Assembly: GCA_047638695.1 (NCBI GenBank)
Contig: JBLINY010000014.1
Span: 1,488-65,487 of the forward strand
Origin: Acidimicrobiales bacterium
Lineage (GTDB): Bacteria; Actinomycetota; Acidimicrobiia; Acidimicrobiales; SZUA-35
DNA length: 64,000 nucleotides
Direction: 5' to 3'
The notes below the pieces were generated by a model. It was not told the DNA's origin. It was given only the letters and a program-made list of their open reading frames with translations, and did not search any database. Positions 53,921 through 63,563 of the stretch are shown in pieces; within the stretch, counting starts at the first letter, position 1; each line of letters begins with the position of its first letter. Made by a program: the position numbers and the translations under genes.

Positions 53921-54796
53921 TCATGAGGTTGCGACCGGAGCGATGCGTTCGCCCAGTTCTTCGATGGCTTGGCGAATGCCATCGGGGTTGCTGCTGGGTG
54001 GCGCCACGATCAGTCGATCGACTCCGGCTTCCTCCAGCTTCTTGACGTCATCCAGGGTGCCTCGTCGCGGGCTCCAACAACCAGCGGTGAACTCGATGGC
54101 ATCTGGGTCGCGGCCATGGTCGATCGCCGCTTGGCGCATCACGTCTCGGATCTGAAGAAGCTCGTCGACGTCGCCGCCGCCGGGAAAGAAGCCATCGCCG
54201 TAGCGGCCGGCTCGGCGGGCCGCGGCCGCGCTGTGGCCGCCGATGATGATGGGTACGTGACCGGCCGGTGGCTTCGGATGCATCAGTGCGTTGTCGAAGT
54301 TGTAGAAGTCGCCGTGATGTGAAGCCTTGGGTTGGCTCCACAATGCCTGCATCACCTCCACCATTTCGTCGGTGCGCTTGCCTCGCTGGCGCCACGGAAC
54401 ATCGAGGATGTCGAACTCTTCCTCGAGCCAACCAACGCCAATGCCTAAATGGAATCGACCGTTGGAGAGCTGAGCCAACGTTGCTACCTCTTTGGCCAGC
54501 ACGACTGGGTTGCGTTGCGGCAATATCAAGATGCCCGTTGCCAGGTTGATGCGGGTGGTTATGGCCGCCACATAGGTGAGCCACATCAGCGGGTCGGGCA
54601 GGTCCATGTCGTCGCTGAAGGGCATGCTGCCCGACTCGTCATAGGGGTACGTCGATTCGTAGCCATCGGGCACGACGACGTGCTCGATAGCCCAGATCGA
54701 TTCGAGCCCTGCTTCTTCGGCCGAGGTGGCCAACGTGGCCGCGTGCTCGGGTTGGGCAAAGGCTCCGGTGTTTGCAAACATCACGCCAAATTTCAT
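53921..54796 (-). CDS. LLM-class F420-dependent oxidoreductase
   Basis: ATG at 54796 (MKFGVMFANTGAFAQPEH...GLESIWAIEHVVVP...RFHLGIGVGWLEEEF). Confidence 0.85.
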   Translation of the reverse strand: MKFGVMFANTGAFAQPEHAATLATSAEEAGLESIWAIEHVVVPDGYESTYPYDESGSMPFSDDMDLPDPLMWLTYVAAITTRINLATGILILPQRNPVVLAKEVATLAQLSNGRFHLGIGVGWLEEEFDILDVPWRQRGKRTDEMVEVMQALWSQPKASHHGDFYNFDNALMHPKPPAGHVPIIIGGHSAAAARRAGRYGDGFFPGGGDVDELLQIRDVMRQAAIDHGRDPDAIEFTAGCWSPRRGTLDDVKKLEEAGVDRLIVAPPSSNPDGIRQAIEELGERIAPVATS

Positions 54797-54806
54797 GGCG
54801 CGGACA

Positions 54807-55772
54807 CTACTCGGCGACGCTTGCCTGCGGGGAAGTCGCCCGAGGGGCTCGAATGTTGGCCGAGCTGAGCAAGAAGACGCCAAGCACGACCAGCGCGCCG
54901 CCAGCGATCTCGACCAGCTGCAAGGTTTCACCCCTGATGAGAAAAGCCAGCACAACGCCGAACACCGGTGTGAGGTACGCAGGGGAAGCTGCCTGAGCCG
55001 CCGGGGCCTGGCGAACAATGGTGGCCATCAGAGCAAAGCTGATCGCCATTGCTGGTACCGACGCATAGAAGAGCGGCACGGCCAAACCGACCCCAAAGTC
55101 CATACCGCCCATCCCCTCGAACGTGAGCGCGACGGGAAACAGAACGGCAGCCGACATGAATAGTTGCACGGCGACGAACATCACGGGGCTCACGCGGCTG
55201 ACATCTCGCCGCTTCATCATCACCGTGCCCATGGCCCACGAGGTGGTGGCAATCAGCAGCAACCCGATCCCGGCGGCGCTGGTCTCGCCAGCCAAGGCCG
55301 GGGATGCCAGAACGGTGGCGCCAACGACGCCAAGCATCAGACCCATCAGCGCCAGACCCCGCAATCGTTCGCGCAGGATCAGAAAAGCCAGAAACGCGGT
55401 GAACAATGGCATCGAGCTCGAAAGCAGGGCGCCGACCCCAGCGGGCACCTTGTTCACCCCCATCACCAGCGTCATGCTCGAAATAGTCGTGATGCACACC
55501 GAGACGATGAAGATGCTGACGAAGTCGTAGGCCCGTGACGGCAATCGTTCGCCGGTCGCGAGGGCAAACGCCATCAGGAAGATGCCACCGACGATGGTGC
55601 GGAAGGCCGTGATCATCATCGGCGTTCCGTGGACCAGCGCGAATTTTAACGCCGTGTAGTTGCCGCCTATGAGAAGGGCGATGAGGAAGATGACGGCCAG
55701 CGTCACCTTAGGGCTGAGAGGGGCGCCCTTTGACCGGCTGGCCGCGGGAGCGGTAGTGACGACCGAGCGCAA
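54807..55772 (-). CDS. EamA/DMT-family transporter
   Basis: 321 aa with 10 hydrophobic segments. The start (TTG) is uncertain. Confidence 0.75.
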   Translation of the reverse strand: MRSVVTTAPAASRSKGAPLSPKVTLAVIFLIALLIGGNYTALKFALVHGTPMMITAFRTIVGGIFLMAFALATGERLPSRAYDFVSIFIVSVCITTISSMTLVMGVNKVPAGVGALLSSSMPLFTAFLAFLILRERLRGLALMGLMLGVVGATVLASPALAGETSAAGIGLLLIATTSWAMGTVMMKRRDVSRVSPVMFVAVQLFMSAAVLFPVALTFEGMGGMDFGVGLAVPLFYASVPAMAISFALMATIVRQAPAAQAASPAYLTPVFGVVLAFLIRGETLQLVEIAGGALVVLGVFLLSSANIRAPRATSPQASVAE

Positions 55773-55836
55773 GGCGCCCGACGATAACTCAGGCCGCGAC
55801 GCTCCCGGAATCAGCGATTGGATCTGCTCGCCCTCC

Positions 55837-56460
55837 TCAAGCCCGAGGGCCGTGGTCCTCGCTGGGTGGGAGCTCCTTTACCTGTGTTACTTGGTAGCGC
55901 ATGCGGGCGGCCAGCTCTTCGGCCTGTCGATGATCGAGTGCGAACCAGAATCCCAGATCGAGGTGAAGATCGGGGGCCGCCGTGTCGAGGTGGGAAGCAA
56001 CGACCGTCAGTTCATCATCGCGAATACTCACCGGAGAGCTCTCCGCTATCGATCGTAGAAGTCGTAGTGTCTGGGCGATGGTCTGCAACACGTGGGCGTT
56101 CGAGGCACCCTCGGGGATGTCGATGTCGGCCCAGCCCAGACTCAGTGAGTGGTCATCATGGCTTCCGGACGGCCGACCCCCCATCAGTCGTTCGACATCG
56201 AGGCCATACAGTTCGGCCAGGCGGGCCAGAACATCACTAGGCGGTGTCCGCATTCCGGACTCGTAGTCGTCGATCGTTCGTTCCGTCAGCCAAAGCACTC
56301 GAGCGACGGAGGCTGGTGTGTAGCCCAGCCGCTTGCGAGCCTTTTCAAGGTGGGTGCCAATAGGGACACCGCCACGTTTCGATGAGTCAGGTGTGGCGTA
56401 AGTCTTTACCGGTACAAGCTCTCCGCGAGACTGCAGGGGATCAGGCGTGGGGTTGGTCAT
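55837..56460 (-). CDS. XRE-family helix-turn-helix transcriptional regulator with an uncharacterised C-terminal domain
   Basis: The HTH reads LEKARKRLGYTPASVARVLWLTERTIDDYESGMRTPPSDVLARLAELYG. The ATG overlaps the stop of the upstream Flp-motif gene by 4 nt. Confidence 0.75.
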   Translation of the reverse strand: MTNPTPDPLQSRGELVPVKTYATPDSSKRGGVPIGTHLEKARKRLGYTPASVARVLWLTERTIDDYESGMRTPPSDVLARLAELYGLDVERLMGGRPSGSHDDHSLSLGWADIDIPEGASNAHVLQTIAQTLRLLRSIAESSPVSIRDDELTVVASHLDTAAPDLHLDLGFWFALDHRQAEELAARMRYQVTQVKELPPSEDHGPRA

Positions 56461-57050
56461 GGTGCCACCACCGAGATGAATGACCCGATGGCGCCGGCCG
56501 CCGGCGTGACATCAGCGGCAGTCAGCGCATCGACGGTGAATTGCACGCTCACGACGGCGGAGGAGTGAGGCACCCTATGAAGATTCCACAACGAGAGTGT
56601 GCAGGTCCCCGAAGAGTTCGAGGTGCACTGCCCGCTTTCCACCTGGGTCGAACCGTCGATATAGGTCTTGATCCATGTACCGGTGATCTCACCATCAAGA
56701 ATTGGATTGCCGGAGACATCGGTAATGGCGACGTCCACCACCGTTGTCCATTTCTGGCTGCCCTGCTGGCTGACGGTCGCACTCAGCGCGACTGACGCCT
56801 CGATCGATCCGCCTGCCGCACCACCACCGCCGCCGGGCGGGAGGACAGAACCACCTCGGCCAGAGTAGCTGCTGTATTCCTCCGGAATTCCCACTCGGCC
56901 ACCGGCATCATTCAAGGCCTCTGCTTCCGACTCCTCGATCTGGCCGACCACCGCCGTCAGCGCGACCATGAGCAGCCCAGTCAGGAACGCGTACTCGACC
57001 ACCGTGGCGCCCCGTTCTCGAGACCGGGCGCTGTTCTTCCATTTGTGCAT
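56457..57050 (-). CDS. Flp-type class III signal-motif protein with a Gly-rich linker and a beta-rich (Ig-like?) C-terminal domain
   Basis: The N-terminus reads ...RSRERG/ATVVEYAFLTGLLMVALTAVVG, matching the Flp G/xxxxEY processing motif. It is followed by PPGGGGGAAGG and then ...VVDVAITDVSGNPILDGEITGTW...GQCTSNSSGTCTLSL... Confidence 0.6.
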   Translation of the reverse strand: MHKWKNSARSRERGATVVEYAFLTGLLMVALTAVVGQIEESEAEALNDAGGRVGIPEEYSSYSGRGGSVLPPGGGGGAAGGSIEASVALSATVSQQGSQKWTTVVDVAITDVSGNPILDGEITGTWIKTYIDGSTQVESGQCTSNSSGTCTLSLWNLHRVPHSSAVVSVQFTVDALTAADVTPAAGAIGSFISVVAP

Positions 57051-57055
57051 TGGTG

Positions 57056-58666
57056 CTACCTCGTGAGCTCGATGAAGCGGTTGGTGCCGTACTCGTTCGG
57101 GGCATCGTCCTCAGCTAGCCCGTTGGGCAGGCTTCCCCGGGGAAAAACGAACGCCGTCAGCGCGCTGGCCTTGTCCGTGTTGACGTTCGAGGTGTAGCCA
57201 ACACCGGGGTCGAAGGTGACGTCACAGCCCGAGTTAGAGCAATTGCCGCCGTAGACCCGTTGCAGGAACACGGCTCGGAAACCACCGATTCTGACCATGG
57301 CGTTTCCGCTCGGGAAGGTGGGGTCGACGAGCTCGGGAACATAACCAAACCGAGGAGACGCCTGAACGTCGAGGATGTCGTTGACCTCGCGGTCGGTATC
57401 TCGGCCGAAGATGGGATCGGTGCAGTAGGCACCGACGCCGCCGCAACCAACCGGTGGGTCCGCTGGCGACAAGGCGCCGTGGTCATCCCACGACAATCCT
57501 TGGAAGTGGGCGAGACATCGCTCGACCAATCGGATCATGCGGTCCTCGACCGGAATGAGAATGAGGTGATTAGCGACGCCGAGCGGCAGGGCCGTCATAT
57601 CTCCGTCGTTGTCGATGTTCAAACCTCCGGCGACGCCGACGAATTGATTGGTCCGGCACGAGTCCGGGACGTCGGCTGTGTTGGGAAGGGAGCTGTCGAG
57701 AAACTCCCACAGCGGGGTGTCATCCAGGGTCGCACCGGCGACACTCGTCGTTCCGAACCATGAGATTTCGTCGACACGTCGCAGCCGAGACGGTCCGCCA
57801 TCGGGAAAGGTGTCGGCCCCGAACAGTGCGGCTCCCAGGTTGTTGGGCGTGTTGCCGGTGGTCGTCGTCATGGCGTTGGGCCGGGCGATGGTCCCGCAGC
57901 TCGTCGTATCGACAACGTCGACGGTTCCGTGCGGTACGTCGTCCCAGATCGATAGGTCGTGATCGATCCCCTGGGCCGTATTCGTCACGAACTGAGTACC
58001 GGTGCCGTTGCAGTCCGTTGTCGTCCCCATTTGCGAGTTGCCCCACAGCCCGAATGTCACGACGCCGAAGTTGCCAGAAGTCGCGCCCGAACACTTGTCA
58101 TCGGGCACATTGCCGGCTCCCACTTTCAGGCACTCGTAGTTACCGGCCGCCGACGTCACCGCAAACGGCAATATCGGGGCTGCTCCGAGATCAGCAATTT
58201 GGGCCATGGCGGTGTGGCTCAGTTCGTCGACTCCGGCGAGTCCTGCAAACGCAGTCTCGAAGCTGCGTGTAGGCAGACGGAGGCGGAGTTGGCTCCATGA
58301 GGTGTCGTGAGACAAACAATTGGCGGCCGGATAGATGGTCCAGCCCGACGGCAGCGTCGGAGTAGGACAGGTGTTGAGATCGGCGACGGTGAAGGTCGTT
58401 CCGAGGTTGTCGTTGAGGTTGTCGACAATGGCTGTCGACATGGCCGCGTTGCTCGACCGCGACATGGCGCCGGCGATGATGGCGACGTCGGCGGCGCTTT
58501 GGTCCTGGCGACGATGAAGCGACAGCATCCCGATATCGAGCACCAACGCTGACATCAGAAGAAGGACGAACATCAGCACGATAGCGACGGGGAGCACGAC
58601 GCCTCGTTCACCGTGGCGATCGGTATTGGCTGATCGTCTGACCGGCAGCCGATGGCCTACGGGCAT
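57056..58666 (-). CDS. TadG-like pilus-assembly protein (Tad / PF13400-type N-terminus)
   Basis: GERGVVLPVAIVLMFVLLLMSALVLDIGMLSLHRRQDQSAADVAIIAGA is the TadE/G-like N-terminal pattern. The remaining 470 aa are Cys-containing, with no vWA MIDAS motif seen. Confidence 0.65.
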   Translation of the reverse strand: MPVGHRLPVRRSANTDRHGERGVVLPVAIVLMFVLLLMSALVLDIGMLSLHRRQDQSAADVAIIAGAMSRSSNAAMSTAIVDNLNDNLGTTFTVADLNTCPTPTLPSGWTIYPAANCLSHDTSWSQLRLRLPTRSFETAFAGLAGVDELSHTAMAQIADLGAAPILPFAVTSAAGNYECLKVGAGNVPDDKCSGATSGNFGVVTFGLWGNSQMGTTTDCNGTGTQFVTNTAQGIDHDLSIWDDVPHGTVDVVDTTSCGTIARPNAMTTTTGNTPNNLGAALFGADTFPDGGPSRLRRVDEISWFGTTSVAGATLDDTPLWEFLDSSLPNTADVPDSCRTNQFVGVAGGLNIDNDGDMTALPLGVANHLILIPVEDRMIRLVERCLAHFQGLSWDDHGALSPADPPVGCGGVGAYCTDPIFGRDTDREVNDILDVQASPRFGYVPELVDPTFPSGNAMVRIGGFRAVFLQRVYGGNCSNSGCDVTFDPGVGYTSNVNTDKASALTAFVFPRGSLPNGLAEDDAPNEYGTNRFIELTR

Positions 58667-59130
58667 GCTTGTTGTCCGCTTGTGTCGTCCCAGGTGATCG
58701 TCCGTTCCAGACGAAACTTGACCTCGCTCGAGGGAGTATTGCCATCGAGCATTGGGGCGAAGAAACCGGTGAGCTGCTCGAGATCCCTCTCAACCCGCAC
58801 CGTTGCCGTCCCACCGGTACTGCGGTCGGTGCCATCGACGGTCAAGGTCACGCGGCTGACGGTTGGATCCTCGAGGCGAGCGCACACCTCGGCCACGATC
58901 AGGTCCGTCTGGGTCAGGCCAACGTCAGCGGTTGGTTGATAGTTGACCGCAGCGAGCCGAGCAGCCTCCCTGGTCCCGTGCCGAGTGTCGATTACCTGCG
59001 TGAACATCCACCCAAAGTCAATAATGCCGAACAGAATCAGAAAGAGAAACGGACTGATAAGTGCGAACTCCACAAGGGCAGCCCCCCGTTCCTTCGCACG
59101 ATGAAGAGTTCGTAGCATTGGCACTCGCAC
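58657..59130 (-). CDS. TadE-family pseudopilin-like protein
   Basis: KERGAALVEFALISPFLFLILFGIIDFGWMF is the TadE N-terminal motif. The gene overlaps the next gene by 10 nt. Confidence 0.8.
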   Translation of the reverse strand: MRVPMLRTLHRAKERGAALVEFALISPFLFLILFGIIDFGWMFTQVIDTRHGTREAARLAAVNYQPTADVGLTQTDLIVAEVCARLEDPTVSRVTLTVDGTDRSTGGTATVRVERDLEQLTGFFAPMLDGNTPSSEVKFRLERTITWDDTSGQQACP

Positions 59131-59303
59131 CCTTTTACTTGAGCCGACTTACCCAAGCGAGAACTGCATCGGCCGCTGTCGGACCGAACTTGAGCGCGAA
59201 TGGGCCGAGAGCCCCAGCCGATGGGGAGTCCGACTACCTAGCGAGGGGTCGCGGTCCGCCTGCCAGCGGTACTCGTTCAGGCGATGGCGAGACAGCTAGA
59301 CAG

Positions 59304-60398
59304 CTAGACAGCGGCGAGGTCACCAATGGTCGGAGCGGTCCAGCTTTTCAGCTCGGGCATCACCTTGTCGGCGAACAGCTCCATGTTGCGTCGGCCTTCG
59401 CGATACGGCATGCCTGCGTAGGCGAAGTTCGGAAAGAAGGCAGCCATGTTGATCTTCTCCTTGATCACCTCGAGCTTCTCCAACACCTGGGCCGGTGTCC
59501 CGAAGGGCATCAGCTTCACGAAGTCCTCGGCCGCGCCGGCGGCTCCGTGACGGTCGATGTACTTGGTGATGTTGGTGTAGAACTCGTAACCGCTGACCCC
59601 ATCATGAGGTGCTGCTCCGAACTCGTAGTGCTTCAGTACGGTGCCGTAGTAGCCGCCGATGTACTTGTACGCCATCTCCTCGGCTCGGTCAGCGCTTTCA
59701 TCAACGAAGCAGAATCCTCCGCATAACGGGGCGGGTGCCTCGACCCCGTTGGTCGTGCGATACACGTCGTGGTAGGTGGCGAAATCTTGCTCGACCACGT
59801 CCCACGGTTTCTGGGGGATCACTAGCAGGCCAATACCAAGCTTGGCCATGATCGGCATCGATTCAGGCGAAACGGCGGCGGCGAACGTGCGGCCTTTGAA
59901 CGACCGTTGCGGGGCGGGGCGAATATCGCGGCGGGGCTGGCTGACGAGGTCGCCCTCGTACTCGACGTAACCCTGTTCGAGGCCGGACAACACGGCCTCG
60001 GCCGTCTCGACAAAGCGTTCGCGGCTGGTGTTCATGTCGACGCCGAATCCTTCGTACTCGACCCGAGCGAGGCCCCGACCAATGCCGAGAATCAGCCGGC
60101 CACCCGAAAGATTGTCGAGCATCGTGATCTGCTCGGCCACCCGCATTGGATCGTGCCATGGCAACACGACGACGCCGGTGCCCAGCTGGATTGTTGAGGT
60201 CTTGCCAGCCACGTAGGTAAGGAACTGCAACGGGTCGGGGCACATCGTGTAGTCGGTGAAGTGATGCTCGACACTCCAGATCGAGTCGAATCCCCGTTCC
60301 TCGGCCTCCACTGCCATGGCTACTTCTTGTTGCCACACATCAGCGTCGCTTAGTGCGTCCTCTGGATTCTGAAACGCAACACCCATTCCTACATGCAT
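59304..60398 (-). CDS. LLM-class flavin-dependent (luciferase/alkanal-monooxygenase-like) oxidoreductase
   Basis: 364 aa. ...ERGFDSIWSVEHHFTDYTMCPDPLQFLTYVAGKTSTIQLGTGVVVLPWHDPMRVAEQ...RLILGIGRGLARVEYEGFG. Confidence 0.85.
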   Translation of the reverse strand: MHVGMGVAFQNPEDALSDADVWQQEVAMAVEAEERGFDSIWSVEHHFTDYTMCPDPLQFLTYVAGKTSTIQLGTGVVVLPWHDPMRVAEQITMLDNLSGGRLILGIGRGLARVEYEGFGVDMNTSRERFVETAEAVLSGLEQGYVEYEGDLVSQPRRDIRPAPQRSFKGRTFAAAVSPESMPIMAKLGIGLLVIPQKPWDVVEQDFATYHDVYRTTNGVEAPAPLCGGFCFVDESADRAEEMAYKYIGGYYGTVLKHYEFGAAPHDGVSGYEFYTNITKYIDRHGAAGAAEDFVKLMPFGTPAQVLEKLEVIKEKINMAAFFPNFAYAGMPYREGRRNMELFADKVMPELKSWTAPTIGDLAAV

Positions 60399-60441
60399 GA
60401 CGGCCCCTGTCGTTGTTGGTCATCAACCGTAGGCGCGCCCG

Positions 60442-62085
60442 TTAGGCCAGACCGAGTTGATCGAATTCGAAGTTGCCCCCGACCATGGTCGCCACGACGT
60501 TGGTGGCGGCGATGGCGTCGGGGTCGATCGTGGTTATGTCCTGATCGAGGACGGTGAGGTCGGCGAGCTTGCCAACCTCGAGTGATCCCTTGTCGCGTTC
60601 GTCAAAGGCGGCATACGCCGAGGAAAGTGTGTAGGCCCGGATCGACTCTTCGGGAGTGAGTGCCTCGTGAGGATTGAAGGGCTCGCCGTCGGCCGTCATC
60701 TGGTTTACGAGGTCGTGTATGCCTAGCAACGGAGCACCGTTCACCACTGGCCGATCGCTGCTGCCGGGCACAACGACCCCGGCGTCGAGGAAGGAGCGCT
60801 GCCGGTAACAATCTCCGCGACGAGAGCCGATAGCGCGAGCCATGCCGTCGCCGATCTCGCTGATGAAACGGGCCTGCGGGATCGGGATAACTCCCATGGC
60901 CGCGATGCGGGCAACGTCGCGTTCCTTGCACATGCCGCAGTGTTCGATGCGATGGCGGGTGCCTTCACGCGGTCGCCGTCGCTGCGCTTCCTCGAGAGCG
61001 TCGAGCACTGACGAGACGGCTCGATCACCAATGGCGTGGGTCGCCACCTGCCAACCTGAGCGATGAGCTTTGAAGATGAGATTGTGAAGCTTTGCCTCGT
61101 CCATCTGAAAGTAGCCGTTGTTACCGGGTTCGCCCTCGAAGTCTTCGAACATGGCGGCCGTGCGACCGATCAACGAACCGTCGGCGAAGATCTTCACCGC
61201 GCCGAACTTCAACCATTCGTCGCCAAAGCCGCTGTGCATACCGAGATCGAGTGCGAACGGTTCGTCGTCGTCCTCGTGATGGTCGCTGCTGTGCAACGTC
61301 TCGACCGCTGGCATCAGCGTCACCCTGACCCGCAGCCGACCCGAACGGCGGGCTTCTTGGTACGCGGCCAACTCGAGCGGCTCGCTTGTTCCGAGGATGC
61401 CACCAACGCCGGCTTCTTGGCAGCTGGTAATGCCCTCGCTGAGGTAGCGATCGGATGCGGCGCCGAGATTCTCGACCATGTCGGCGATAGCTCGAGGGTG
61501 TAGGAGGGCCCGGGCCAGAGTTTGCGCCTGTTCTTCAAGCAGGCCGTTCGGCGTGCCATCGTCGCCAAGGGCCACCACTCCCCCCTCGGGTACCGCTACC
61601 TCCCCGACTCGGGCCAGCCTCATTGCCGCGGTGTTCACCACGCAGAAGTGACCACTGGTGTGGTTTAGCAGCACAGGGTTGTCGGGGCTGACCGCATCGA
61701 GTTCCTGGCGTGTCGGGTGTCGCCGCTCGGCCAACTTGTTGTCGTTGTACCCCGTGCCGATAACCCAGACTCCCTCTGGCGTCGCCTCGGCCCGGGCTCC
61801 GATCGCAGCCACGATCTCCTCGATCGAGCGCGCGACTTCGGGCTGGATGGCGACCTCGTTCAGGGTGGCGCCGTATCCGCCCATGTGATTGTGGGCATCG
61901 TTGAATCCGGGAACCACCGTGCGGCCTTCGAGATCGATAAGCCTTCTTGCCCCAGCGTCGACGAATTCGCCTGCATCGCCGACCGCAACGATGCGGCTAC
62001 CTACAACGGCCAAGCTGCCAGCTCGAGGCCGAGAGTCGTCAACCGTGATGAAGTTGGCGTTGTCGATGACAAGATCGGGTCGCAT
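60442..62085 (-). CDS. Amidohydrolase-3 (YtcJ-like) metal-dependent hydrolase
   Basis: 547 aa. ...VVPGFNDAHNHM..., ATHAIGD, RIEHC, and PGSSD motifs. Confidence 0.85.
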   Translation of the reverse strand: MRPDLVIDNANFITVDDSRPRAGSLAVVGSRIVAVGDAGEFVDAGARRLIDLEGRTVVPGFNDAHNHMGGYGATLNEVAIQPEVARSIEEIVAAIGARAEATPEGVWVIGTGYNDNKLAERRHPTRQELDAVSPDNPVLLNHTSGHFCVVNTAAMRLARVGEVAVPEGGVVALGDDGTPNGLLEEQAQTLARALLHPRAIADMVENLGAASDRYLSEGITSCQEAGVGGILGTSEPLELAAYQEARRSGRLRVRVTLMPAVETLHSSDHHEDDDEPFALDLGMHSGFGDEWLKFGAVKIFADGSLIGRTAAMFEDFEGEPGNNGYFQMDEAKLHNLIFKAHRSGWQVATHAIGDRAVSSVLDALEEAQRRRPREGTRHRIEHCGMCKERDVARIAAMGVIPIPQARFISEIGDGMARAIGSRRGDCYRQRSFLDAGVVVPGSSDRPVVNGAPLLGIHDLVNQMTADGEPFNPHEALTPEESIRAYTLSSAYAAFDERDKGSLEVGKLADLTVLDQDITTIDPDAIAATNVVATMVGGNFEFDQLGLA

Positions 62086-62147
62086 TCGCAGACCCTACCT
62101 TTCGGCCCGACGGCCACTGTTCTAGAAGCGGCGACGGTCGAAAGAGC

Positions 62148-63035
62148 TCAGTTTTGTAGCTCTAAGACCTTCGAGACCGATTCGACCGCGCTGGGCCAGC
62201 TGGAAGGTTGAAGGAGCGGACGCACAACGAACTTCGAGAATCCGACCTCGAGAAAGCCCTCGAGTTTGTCGGCGAGGCCCTCGGCCCCGACACCGACGAA
62301 GTCTTCGGCTTTACCCTCGGGTCGACGTGTGGCGACAGCGGCTCGTACCTCGTCGGTCATCTCGTCGACCCACTGCACGTTCATGCCGAAATGTTCCCCG
62401 TCGATGGCTCGCCCGGCTGCGGCTGCAGCGGCGTCTATTGCCAGTCGCGCCTCGTGCGCCTCGGTTGGCGTCACCATTCCTGGCATCCAGCCTTCGCCGA
62501 TCTTGCCGCACCGTCGCAGGGAGGCCGGCACCATCCCACCGAGCCATACCTCAAGCGGATCTTGGTGCGGACGCACGGCTAACGTTGTGCCCGAGTACCG
62601 GTGAAATTCGCCCTCAAAGTGGAGTTCGTCGCCCGACCACAGCGTGCGCATGATGTGCAGCGACTCTTCCAACATGCGCGAGCGGGCCGATGCCTCAACC
62701 GCTTGGGCATCGAGTTCAGCCGGTTGTCGCAGACCGAGAACGGCCAGCAGCAACAGGCGACCCTCAGAGAGCTGGTCGAGTGTCGCCAGTTCTTTTGCCA
62801 GTCGCACCGGGTCGCGGCCAGGAACAATCAGGTGCGTGCCGACCTTCAGTCGCTGACGGCGGCCGGCGGCCACGCTGAGTGCAGCGACCGGATCGAGCAC
62901 TCCCGAAGTGATCACGTCGGGAATCCAGATCGAGTCGTACCCAAGGTCATCGAGGGCATCGACTAACCCCAAGAATTGCTTCGGGTCGTCGGCCACTCCC
63001 GGGCCAGCGGCAACACCAATGCGTACCTTCACCAC
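62148..63035 (-). CDS. LLM-class F420-dependent oxidoreductase
   Basis: 295 aa. ...LGYDSIWIPDVITSG...LKVGTHLIVPGRDPVRLAKELATLDQLSEGRLLL... Confidence 0.85.
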   Translation of the reverse strand: MVKVRIGVAAGPGVADDPKQFLGLVDALDDLGYDSIWIPDVITSGVLDPVAALSVAAGRRQRLKVGTHLIVPGRDPVRLAKELATLDQLSEGRLLLLAVLGLRQPAELDAQAVEASARSRMLEESLHIMRTLWSGDELHFEGEFHRYSGTTLAVRPHQDPLEVWLGGMVPASLRRCGKIGEGWMPGMVTPTEAHEARLAIDAAAAAAGRAIDGEHFGMNVQWVDEMTDEVRAAVATRRPEGKAEDFVGVGAEGLADKLEGFLEVGFSKFVVRPLLQPSSWPSAVESVSKVLELQN

Positions 63036-63127
63036 TCCTGTCTAACGGCTGGACGTTGTTCTCGGCCAGCTTTCGCTGGACAGCCGCCTACTGGACAGCC
63101 GGCTAGACGGGCGCAAAGCTCCAGGCC

Positions 63128-63517
63128 ATGACAGACGGACCAATCATCCCACCCGGCCAAGAGAAGACGTATGAGCGGTTCCATTTCGCTCCCGCGTACC
63201 GCGTTGGGGACATGCTGTACGTGTCTGGTGTAATCGGAACCAACGAGAAGGGCCGCGCACCCGAGGATGCGAGCGAAGAGTTCACCAACACGTTTGCTAA
63301 TTTGGGCTCGACTCTTGAAGCAGCAGGGTCTTCGCTCGATGGAATCGTGGAGATGACATCGTTCCACGTCGACATGGACAACACCCTGGGCGCGTTCATA
63401 GCCGCCAAGGACGTCGCCATCTCCGAGCCGTATCCGGCGTGGACGGCTATTGGCTGCACCGGTCTCGCCATCCCCGGTGCTCGGGTCGAGGTGAAGGTAA
63501 CAGCGAAGGTCGTATGA
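63128..63517 (+). CDS. RidA/YjgF/L-PSP-family protein
   Basis: 129 aa. ...RVGDMLYVSGVIG...IVEMTSFHVDM...PAWTAIGCTGLAIPGARVEVKVTA. Confidence 0.85.
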   Translation: MTDGPIIPPGQEKTYERFHFAPAYRVGDMLYVSGVIGTNEKGRAPEDASEEFTNTFANLGSTLEAAGSSLDGIVEMTSFHVDMDNTLGAFIAAKDVAISEPYPAWTAIGCTGLAIPGARVEVKVTAKVV

Positions 63518-63532
63518 GTCTTTCACCGCGGT

Positions 63533-63563
63533 CTAGCCGGGTGCTCAGATGAGCGCCGGCTAG
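63533..63563. terminator. Hairpin between convergent genes
   Basis: ctagccgg-gt-gctc-agat-gagc-g-ccggctag forms 12 bp of stem with a small bulge. It overlaps the TAG of the minus-strand LLM gene. Confidence 0.5.
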
